The notes under the pieces were generated by a model that saw nothing but the letters and a program-made list of their open reading frames with translations, did not search any database and had not been told where the DNA came from. A program made the position numbers and the translations under genes. Positions 34,001-40,092 of a stretch of 45,253 nt of DNA are shown here, piece after piece. Each line of letters starts with the position of its first letter. Position 1 is the stretch's first letter. This stretch comes from Vicinamibacterales bacterium (GTDB lineage: Bacteria; Acidobacteriota; Vicinamibacteria; Vicinamibacterales; UBA2999), in NCBI GenBank assembly GCA_039934485.1, contig JBDTMB010000002.1, positions 1-45,253 of the forward strand, written 5' to 3'.

Positions 34001-36099
34001 TTTCCACAATCGCGGTCCCTGCTTCTCCGGTGGGCAGCTATCCGATTCACGTCACGCCCGGCAGCGACCCCCTGCTTGACGTCTCCGGCGTCGACAGCAC
34101 GCTGACGGTCACACCCAGGCCCGCGACGATTACCGCGGTCGGCACGTCAAAGACATTCGGCGATGGCGACCCTGCGTTCGGGGTCACCAGCGCCGGTCTC
34201 GTGGCGGGAGAAGTGTTCACCACGGCGGCGACGCGCGTCACCGGTGAATCGGCGGGCACCTACGCGATCACGCCGTCGATCTCCGGCGCCACCCTTGACA
34301 ATTACTCGGTGACGCCGGTAAACGGAACGTTCACGATCAACAAGGCGACCGTCACGGTGACGGCACGTCCAGCGAGCATGGCGTACGGTGATTCGCTGCC
34401 GGTGTTGACCTTCGACTACGGCACATTCCCGGCCGGCTTCGGAACTGGCGATGTTGACGTCCCGCCCACGTGTTCGGTGTCCGATCCCTTGACGGCCGGC
34501 CCGCACGCCATCACCTGCGGCCTTGGGTGGGATCACGACGTGTCGTTCACCTATGTTGCCGGCACGTTGACCATCGCGCCGGCGACCCTGACGGTCAAGG
34601 CCGACAACAAGTCGAAGGCGCAAGGCCAGGCGAATCCGGCCCTGACGTCGTCATTCACGGGGTTTGTGAACGGTGACTCCGCGTCCGCAGTGACGGGCGC
34701 CGCCGCCTTGTCGACCACGGCAACGACGGCCAGCCCCGCCGGCACCTATCCGATCACCGCCACGATCGGCACGCTGGCCGCGGCAAATTACACCTTCACG
34801 TTCGTCGATGGCACCCTCACCGTGACCTCTTCGGGCCGTCCGACGCTGGGCTTGGTGAAGACCGTCAACAAGACGACGGCCGCGATCGGCGACACGCTGG
34901 TCTACACCCTGACCTACTCGAACACCGGCCCGGGTGGCGCCACCAACGTGGTCATCACCGACGCGGTGCCGGCGAACACGACGTTCCAGTCCGCGACCGG
35001 CGGCGGAACGGTGTCCGCGGGGAAGGTGGTCTGGACCATGCCCGCGCTCGCCGCCGGCGCGTCCGCCAGTGTCACCTTGACAGTGAGGGTCAACCTCGGC
35101 GTTGACGTGTGCCAGTCGGGCAGCAGCCCGCACCGGCACGGCGATCGCGACGACGACGACAACGATCACGATAACCGTCGCGAGGGTCACTACGATGGCG
35201 ACGGTTGCTCGCACGATGGCAACTGCGTCTCTGCGATCACCAATTCCGGCACCATCAGGAGTACCGAAGTCACCACGCCGAAGGCGAGCAACACCGTCAC
35301 CACCACGCTCGGTCGCCCGGCGCTTCCCGTGCTCAAGCTGGCCAAGTCCGTCAACAAGTCCAGCGCCGTCGCCGGCGACACGCTGGTCTACACCCTGGTC
35401 TACGCGAACCACGGCCTCGGCGCCGCGACTGGCGTGGTCCTCAGCGACTCCCTGCCGTCCTACACGTCGTTCGTGTCGGCGAGCGGCGGCGGATCGCTCT
35501 CGGCCGGCAAGGTGACCTGGAACGTGGCGGCGTTGGCACCCGGCACGTCAGCGACCGTGACCATGACGGTACGGGTGACCACCAACCTCCCGATGTGCCG
35601 GGCGGGCGCGAAAGATAGTGGTCGCCGCGATGACGACGACCGCGATCGCGGCCGCGACCGCGAGGATCATGATCGCCGCCGCAACGGCCACTACGATGGC
35701 GACGGCTGCTCGCGCGACAGTTGCGCGACAGCGGTGACGAACGTGGCCACGATCAAGAGCACTCAGATCACCACGCCCAAGAGCAGCAACACCGTCACCA
35801 CAGCGGTTCGTGCCGCCAACCGTCCGCCCATTGCGATGGACGATTCGGTGTCGACCACCAAGAACGACGCCAAGACCTTTGCCGTCCTGGGCAACGACTC
35901 CGACCCGGACGGCAACACGTTAACGGTTCAGAACGTGACGCAGCCGTCGAAGGGCAGCGTGACGATGGGGGCGAAGAACACAATCAAGTACATCCCGCCG
36001 CCGTCCTTCACCGGCACGACGTCCTTTACCTACACAGTCAGTGACGGCAACGGCGGCAGCGATACGGCGACCGTGACCATTTCAGTCACCAAGTCATAG
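31036..36099 (+). CDS. Giant secreted multidomain protein (1687 aa): signal peptide, NHL beta-propeller, Ig/HYR-like domains, four MBG domains, two DUF11 domains, C-terminal cadherin-like domain
   Basis: Signal peptide MKTIPRFLPAVFCALALSLLGSVDAPAQS. Six NHL-like blades (e.g. RVYVADGLNNRVQVFNFDG, HIYVADHAQDLIQVFD). MBG-like units (TLTVKADNKSKAQGQANPALTSSFTGFVNGDSA...YTFTFVDGTLTVT). DUF11-like units (VKTVNKTTAAIGDTLVYTLTYSNTG). C-terminal VLGNDSDPDGNTLTV. Confidence 0.9.
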   Translation: MKTIPRFLPAVFCALALSLLGSVDAPAQSAFNPQVERLLWKQLEIWPNLLNNVPSPTGTEIDTDEFGNPILQSPYETYEDEFASLAPGECSYSRAGDFDWDYPQHRQCKDASGAEVPPPPGALLLPVSLAVDTVDVGGGNLQHRVYVADGLNNRVQVFNFDGTVFPLAHPMGSGKFGRGPYSYGPGGDSGELLSLPYGISVDGAHRILVADGGNARVAVFNADGSMAFDFDIPDGIAGPMKPNQVKLTPGAVALAPGSPVPPSAANDRILVTDWSHCQVHVFDTAFNLINSLPHALPQISQHDACLQGDPDSIIPPGSVSPFTGPGEFSTVTGAAIDASGHIYVADHAQDLIQVFDRDLNPLGWIGRPQVPGPSALDGPVGIAIDHLGRIGVTDSGHARVAFYTVTYPGGVPSAQFEFQLDTTVAVSDFTMGMADQQGTLPGLDEKGRFLVTDPIGRRILRFELPDMGIVNPAAALGIGTFDVAVPMQKLSPVTGVTVTVQAVEPGVSVGTPTPTAPSTIGPGQLVSYSFTYDQGSSPTATFIINASGNGGAVNADPAEAMARATCGNCGATHAVYEDPEAPGGPVAISPIVAPVGSWYGQDVFVRITPTGSEPVSEIFWNFEGEAAFFYGGSATESPLDANGNVDVHVRVTGVSALNYHVVTDAGSLGPTVHVPLNLDLNPPEVSFNVWPVHGPDQGAEWYNTDVSVGYFVIDGESGSPADTEANSEISDGWVTFTEEGRHQSDSFTVADYVGHTQDANSATSRGGRYVNIDKTAPVIVAPNNIHILATGQAYGVIPAGTFDASATDPLLLDGSAGSGVVSIGQPGTLQFPMGSSDFTFAARDAAGNLSTVVRTVTVDKASSTVAYTGATAVGYAYDVLLSATTSPTWATGTVTFTAGSFTVTGPVVNGVASATIPGTTLLPGTSTVNFSYSGDTALLASTGSATITIGQPVPVTIQANPQTRPYGNENPPLDVTVTGASAGSVSYQISTIAVPASPVGSYPIHVTPGSDPLLDVSGVDSTLTVTPRPATITAVGTSKTFGDGDPAFGVTSAGLVAGEVFTTAATRVTGESAGTYAITPSISGATLDNYSVTPVNGTFTINKATVTVTARPASMAYGDSLPVLTFDYGTFPAGFGTGDVDVPPTCSVSDPLTAGPHAITCGLGWDHDVSFTYVAGTLTIAPATLTVKADNKSKAQGQANPALTSSFTGFVNGDSASAVTGAAALSTTATTASPAGTYPITATIGTLAAANYTFTFVDGTLTVTSSGRPTLGLVKTVNKTTAAIGDTLVYTLTYSNTGPGGATNVVITDAVPANTTFQSATGGGTVSAGKVVWTMPALAAGASASVTLTVRVNLGVDVCQSGSSPHRHGDRDDDDNDHDNRREGHYDGDGCSHDGNCVSAITNSGTIRSTEVTTPKASNTVTTTLGRPALPVLKLAKSVNKSSAVAGDTLVYTLVYANHGLGAATGVVLSDSLPSYTSFVSASGGGSLSAGKVTWNVAALAPGTSATVTMTVRVTTNLPMCRAGAKDSGRRDDDDRDRGRDREDHDRRRNGHYDGDGCSRDSCATAVTNVATIKSTQITTPKSSNTVTTAVRAANRPPIAMDDSVSTTKNDAKTFAVLGNDSDPDGNTLTVQNVTQPSKGSVTMGAKNTIKYIPPPSFTGTTSFTYTVSDGNGGSDTATVTISVTKS
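31402..32433 (+). other. NHL-repeat (six-bladed beta-propeller-like) region of the giant protein; approximate bounds
   Basis: Six recurrences of the pattern hydrophobic-x-V/I-A/T-D-x-x-N/H-x-R-V/I-x-V/F-F/Y spaced about 45-60 residues apart. Confidence 0.7.
33892..34827 (+). repeat. Four tandem MBG-like domains (protein-level repeat) in the giant protein
   Basis: Four units of about 75-80 aa. Each begins with a T-V/I-T strand plus YG/FG-D/N-x-x-P and ends with NY-x-V/F-T...G-T-L/F-T-I/V. Confidence 0.65.
34834..35808 (+). repeat. Tandem duplication of a DUF11-like domain (34834-35313 and 35314-35808), each with a charged Cys-bracketed insert
   Basis: The two units align over their whole length: LVKTVNKTTAAIGDTLVYTLTYSNTGPGGATNVVITDAVPANTTFQSATGGGTVSAGKVVW versus LAKSVNKSSAVAGDTLVYTLVYANHGLGAATGVVLSDSLPSYTSFVSASGGGSLSAGKVTW. 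Inserts lie at 35110-35226 and 35596-35724. Confidence 0.8.
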
Positions 36100-36142
36100 C
36101 GACCGCCGCGATTCGCGACGGCGACCGCGCAGCCCAAGACCC

Positions 36143-36180
36143 GAAGCCGGCGGCACAGCCCGCCGGCTTCTCCTTTTTCT
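36143..36180 (+). terminator. Rho-independent terminator downstream of the giant protein gene
   Basis: Perfect 11-bp stem GAAGCCGGCGG (36143-36153) / CCGCCGGCTTC (36160-36170) with 6-nt loop CACAGC, followed by TCCTTTTTCT. Confidence 0.85.
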
Positions 36181-36230
36181 GGCGCTCCTCGATACTCAGC
36201 ATCCAACCGATAAGAAGAGGAAGGACCACC

Positions 36231-36311
36231 ATGGATGATGTCGCGGCCGTGGCGCATTTGACATATAAAGTCATATATAGTCCTATCATGTATAGTTATG
36301 TCTGTATGTGA
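36231..36311 (+). CDS. Possible 26-codon upstream ORF overlapping the lipoprotein start
   Basis: Strong SD GAGGAAGGA ends 5 nt before ATG 36231. Encodes MDDVAAVAHLTYKVIYSPIMYSYVCM. The stop at 36309-36311 overlaps ATG 36298 of the next gene, which has no SD of its own. Confidence 0.25.
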   Translation: MDDVAAVAHLTYKVIYSPIMYSYVCM

Positions 36312-36984
36312 GAGGGCGGAGCTGTATCGGTCTTGCCTGGTGGTGCTCTTGGCCGCCACGCTGGCCGCCTGCGCTGACGAGCCGCGAACGGGCACCGTGA
36401 CGCCAAGCTACGACCGCTTCTCGGCCAGGCTCGTTCAACTGTCCGCAGACCTGAACGCCGATGGGCGCATTGACCAGCGGACTTATATGGACGGTAACCG
36501 GCCCCTGCGCGGTGAAGCGGACACCGACGGCGACGGCCGGGTAGATCGTTGGGAATACTTTGACCAACAGGCGGCGTTGGTTCGCGTCGGCACCTCGAGC
36601 CTCAACGACGGCATCGAGGACACCTGGACCTGGGCCGCGATGACCCCGGCAGGGGAGAGGCGCGTGTCACTGGCGACCAGGCGCGATCGGCAGATCGATC
36701 GCGAAGAATTTTTTCATGAGGCCGTGCTGGCGCGAACCGAGGACGACACGAATGCGGATGGCAAGACCGATAAATGGGACGTCTACACCAATGGCGTCTT
36801 GCGGGAAGTGAGCTTCGACACGAAGTTCACGCGCGGACGTGCCGACCGGCGCTTGATCTACGATGAGCGTGGCCAGCTAACCGGGATTGAAGCGGACGAT
36901 GATGGCGATGGACGCTTCGAGAGTTTGGTCGCATCGCCGGAGGACACCGTGAACTTGTCGAAACGATCCGGAGCGAAGCGATGA
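36298..36984 (+). CDS. Lipoprotein with repeated EF-hand-like DxDxDG calcium-binding loops
   Basis: Lipobox LLAATLAAC|ADE. Repeats are DLNADGRIDQRTYMDG, DTDGDGRVDRWEYFD, DTNADGKTDKWDVYTNG and DDDGDGRFE. Confidence 0.75.
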   Translation: MSVCERAELYRSCLVVLLAATLAACADEPRTGTVTPSYDRFSARLVQLSADLNADGRIDQRTYMDGNRPLRGEADTDGDGRVDRWEYFDQQAALVRVGTSSLNDGIEDTWTWAAMTPAGERRVSLATRRDRQIDREEFFHEAVLARTEDDTNADGKTDKWDVYTNGVLREVSFDTKFTRGRADRRLIYDERGQLTGIEADDDGDGRFESLVASPEDTVNLSKRSGAKR

Positions 36985-38231
36985 GGGTGAGTTGGCAAGG
37001 CCGCCTCGCCTGTTGGCAGCTGCTCCTGGTTGTCAGCCTGATCGGTTGGTCAACTGAGGCGAGGGCGCAGGCGAGTGTGGGCGCGGGACCGCTTACGTCG
37101 ATGCTGATCGACACGGAACCGACGGTGGGCGTCCTCGGCATGGGCCCGGTCAAACTTGCGCCCGGCATCACCATCAGGGAAATCGGCACCGACTCGAACG
37201 TGTTCGACGAGACGGAGAATCCGAAGCATGACTTCGTGGCGGCAGGGACGCCGGACCTCGGCGTGTTTGTCCGCACCAGGTTTGTCAAACTGTCGGCCTA
37301 TGGTGGCGCCGAGCTGACCTACTACCACACCTATACGAAGGAGCGATCGGTGGGCTATGTCGCCCGGGCCCGCGTGGATTTTCTGCTGAGCCGCCTGTTC
37401 CCTTTTGTTGGCTACGGCCAGACCCAGACGCGCGAACGACCCAACGGCGAAATCGACACGCGGGCCGAGCACATGACCACCGAGGAGTCCGGCGGCTTGG
37501 GCTTTCAAATCTCCGAGACGTCGAATATCTACGCCTCAGCCGTGAGGACGACGACGCACTACTCCGACGCGTTCGAGTCCGGTGTCGAGCTGGGACAGTC
37601 GCTGAGCCGCTATACGGATGATTACAGCGGCGGCGCGCGGACCGCCCTGACTCCACTGACCACGCTTACCATGCGGGGCGGATACCGCCAGGACCTGTTC
37701 GACAAAGAGCCCACTCGCAACGCCGACTCGAGGTATCTCGACGGGAGCTTCTCATTTCTTCCGCAGGCCTCGATCAATGGCTCAGCCACCTTCGGATACC
37801 TGGACTACAAGGCCGTGGACCCGTCAGTCCATCCATTCCGCGGGCTTACGGCAGCGGTCGAGGTGTCCTATTCGCTGTTCGAAATGGCCCGCCTCGGCTT
37901 TACGGCCACGCGGTCGCTCGAGTATTCGTTTTACGTGACGGAGGCCTATTACGTCACGAACTCGTTCAACCTGACCTATAACCACCGCCTGGGCGGCGCC
38001 TTCGATGCGCAGGTTCACGGCAGCTGGTCGTTCTTCGACTACGGCAACCGGGAAGGGGTCCCAGCTCATCGGGATACGCTGGACCTCGTAGACGGCGGCC
38101 TCGGCTATAATCTGAGGAACAGTACCCGCGTGGCACTCAACTACGAGTATTCGCGCCGTCGTGCGCCAGAACAGGCCGAGCGGAACTACGATCGCCGGCG
38201 TATTTTCCTCTCGTGGGCCTACGCTTTTTAG
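36981..38231 (+). CDS. Outer-membrane beta-barrel protein of the polysaccharide export module
   Basis: Signal peptide ending EARAQAS. Alternating hydrophobic/polar strands rich in Y/G/T/S. C-terminal FLSWAYAF with terminal Phe. ATGA overlap with the lipoprotein gene. 1-nt gap to the Wza-like gene. Confidence 0.7.
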   Translation: MRVSWQGRLACWQLLLVVSLIGWSTEARAQASVGAGPLTSMLIDTEPTVGVLGMGPVKLAPGITIREIGTDSNVFDETENPKHDFVAAGTPDLGVFVRTRFVKLSAYGGAELTYYHTYTKERSVGYVARARVDFLLSRLFPFVGYGQTQTRERPNGEIDTRAEHMTTEESGGLGFQISETSNIYASAVRTTTHYSDAFESGVELGQSLSRYTDDYSGGARTALTPLTTLTMRGGYRQDLFDKEPTRNADSRYLDGSFSFLPQASINGSATFGYLDYKAVDPSVHPFRGLTAAVEVSYSLFEMARLGFTATRSLEYSFYVTEAYYVTNSFNLTYNHRLGGAFDAQVHGSWSFFDYGNREGVPAHRDTLDLVDGGLGYNLRNSTRVALNYEYSRRRAPEQAERNYDRRRIFLSWAYAF

Positions 38232-38232
38232 C

Positions 38233-39093
38233 ATGTCATTTATCCTCACGTTGCTCATCGCATTCGTAGCGGCCGTTCAAGTTCCGGCCCCTGCGCCTGC
38301 CGCCCCGGCTGCTCCGGCCTCGTCGCCGCAGGCCAGCCTGTCGTACGTCGTTGGAGCCAGCGACGTTCTCACGATCAAGGTGTTCGATGAGCCGACGTTG
38401 AGCGGCGTCTACAACGTCGACTCCGATGGGGCGATCTCGTTCCCCTTTGTCGGCCGCGTCGTCGTCAGCACCAAGACCGTGCGCGACGTCGAGGCGCTCC
38501 TGACCAAGCTCCTCGCCGACGGCTACGTGCGACGGCCGCAGGTTTCGGTCGAGATTTCGCAGTTCCGCGGCCGATCGATCTTCGTGCTGGGCGAAGTCCG
38601 GGCTCCCGGCAAGTATTCAATCGAAGGCCAGGTGACGTTGCTCGAGGTGATCGCGAAGGCCGGCTCGCTGACCGCCACGGCCGGCAACCTGATCATCGTG
38701 CAGCGCTACAAGGACGAAATTCCGACGGTGCTGGCGCCGGCCCTGCCTGGCGACGAACGGGTGGCGGAGATCATGCGCGTGAGCATGGACGACCTCCGCG
38801 AGGGCCGCGTCACGGCCAACCTCCTGCTGCAGGACGGCGATACGATCTTCGTGCCCCAGGCGGATCGGTTCTACGTGACCGGGTTCGTCAAGAGCCCGGG
38901 CCAGTTCGTGTTGGTGCCGAACATGACCGTGCGGCAGGCGATCGCGGTGGCCGGCGGCTTGACCGAGCGCGGCTCGACGCGCGGCATGAAGATTATTCGC
39001 CGCGTCGGCGACAAGGAAGTCGAAGTCGACGCGAAGATGAGCGATCCGGTCAAGGCCAACGACACCATCAAGATCCGCCAGCGCCTCATTTAG
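38233..39093 (+). CDS. Short OPX (Wza-like) polysaccharide export protein: Poly_export plus SLBB domains, no lipobox and no C-terminal membrane helix
   Basis: YVVGASDVLTIKVFDEPTLSGVYNVDSDGAISFPFVGRVVV, VFVLGEVRAPGKYSIEG and FYVTGFVKSPGQFVLVPNMTVRQAIAVAGG. ATG 38233 is chosen over the extension from 38161. Confidence 0.85.
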   Translation: MSFILTLLIAFVAAVQVPAPAPAAPAAPASSPQASLSYVVGASDVLTIKVFDEPTLSGVYNVDSDGAISFPFVGRVVVSTKTVRDVEALLTKLLADGYVRRPQVSVEISQFRGRSIFVLGEVRAPGKYSIEGQVTLLEVIAKAGSLTATAGNLIIVQRYKDEIPTVLAPALPGDERVAEIMRVSMDDLREGRVTANLLLQDGDTIFVPQADRFYVTGFVKSPGQFVLVPNMTVRQAIAVAGGLTERGSTRGMKIIRRVGDKEVEVDAKMSDPVKANDTIKIRQRLI

Positions 39094-39135
39094 CCCCGGC
39101 GCGCGGTCCTCGCGCCCGCCGAACCACCAACCGCC

Positions 39136-40092
39136 ATGACCGCCGGGTCCCTGAGCGCCATCATCCCGACGATCGGCAGGCCCCACGCACTGGAAAATCT
39201 CCTTCGTTCGCTGGCGGCGCAATCGCAGCGTCCTGACGACGTGATTGTGGCCGACGCCAGCCGTGGCGACGAAGTCCGGCGCGTGATCGAAGACGAGCAG
39301 TGGCCGGCGCAGGGGTTGCGGGTCCGCCGCATCGCCGTGGACGAACCGAATGCCGTCGGTCAACGCCGTGCCGCCATCGGCGCCTCCGACGCCGAATACT
39401 TGTTGATGCTCGACGACGATGTCGTGCTCGAGCGCACGTGTGTGCAGGCGCTCGTCGACGCCATTCACTCGGCGCCGGACGTGGTGGCGGTGACGGCCGA
39501 CTTCAACAACCAGACCTGGGCAGGACCGACCACGCTGTGGCGATGGTACTTGCGGTGGCTGCACGGCGTGACCACCGGGGAGTGGCAGGGCCGGGTGATC
39601 GGGCCGCTCCTTCGCTTCGGCTATTCGCCGAGTCCCGCCGGCCTCGTCCCCATGGAATGGCTTGGCGCCGGCAACAGCCTGATCCGTCGCACCGCGTACG
39701 ATCAGGTCGGCGGCTTCTCCGAGTTCTTTTTGCACCGCACGACGATCAACGAAGATGTCGACCTCGGCCTCAAGCTCCGGCGCGCCGGCCGCATCCTGCT
39801 GAGCCCGGACGCTCGCCTGGCGCACATGCACGCACCCGAAGGCCGGGTGTCGGCGCGGCTCGCCGCCGAAGACGATCTCTACAATCGGTTTCTGATCCTG
39901 CGTCACACCCAGGGACTGAGTGCCGGCCGGGCCCTCGGGTTGGTGGCGACGTTCTTCCTGGTGGAGACCGCCAGCAACCTTGGTGGTTGCCTGCGCCGGT
40001 TTCGCTGCAACGGGTTTGGCGCGCGACTGTCCGGCCGGCTCCTGGCCCTGCGGCGCATCCTGGCCGCGCCGCCTTCGAGGAGCAGGCACTGA
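39136..40092 (+). CDS. Glycosyltransferase family 2
   Basis: LSAIIPTIGRPHALENLLRSLAAQSQRPDDVIVADAS, LLMLDDDVVL and INEDVDLGLKL. Confidence 0.85.
   Translation: MTAGSLSAIIPTIGRPHALENLLRSLAAQSQRPDDVIVADASRGDEVRRVIEDEQWPAQGLRVRRIAVDEPNAVGQRRAAIGASDAEYLLMLDDDVVLERTCVQALVDAIHSAPDVVAVTADFNNQTWAGPTTLWRWYLRWLHGVTTGEWQGRVIGPLLRFGYSPSPAGLVPMEWLGAGNSLIRRTAYDQVGGFSEFFLHRTTINEDVDLGLKLRRAGRILLSPDARLAHMHAPEGRVSARLAAEDDLYNRFLILRHTQGLSAGRALGLVATFFLVETASNLGGCLRRFRCNGFGARLSGRLLALRRILAAPPSRSRH

Noticed and set aside
35818-36099. C-terminal sorting signal (PEP-CTERM, LPXTG, hydrophobic anchor) on the giant protein.
   Set aside because: The C-terminus is a cadherin/VCBS-like beta domain ending ...TATVTISVTKS. 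It has no PEP motif, no LPXTG and no terminal hydrophobic-plus-basic tail. T9SS or T1SS signals cannot be excluded by eye.
30940-36281. Shared CATAT / TATATGAC-GTCATATA motifs plus TTGACA in the two AT-rich intergenic regions flanking the giant gene, considered as a common operator.
   Set aside because: The elements are short, AT-only and arranged differently in the two regions (an inverted repeat at 30946-30960 versus direct repeats at 36262-36279). They are easily explained by low complexity, so there is not enough information to call a site.
39300-40088. GTG 39300 start giving an 864-aa protein for the GT2-FkbM gene.
   Set aside because: The first ~263 codons overlap the bona fide GT2 gene 39136-40092 in another frame and are Arg/Pro/Gly-rich with no motifs. 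Homology to the paralog begins only at about 40104.
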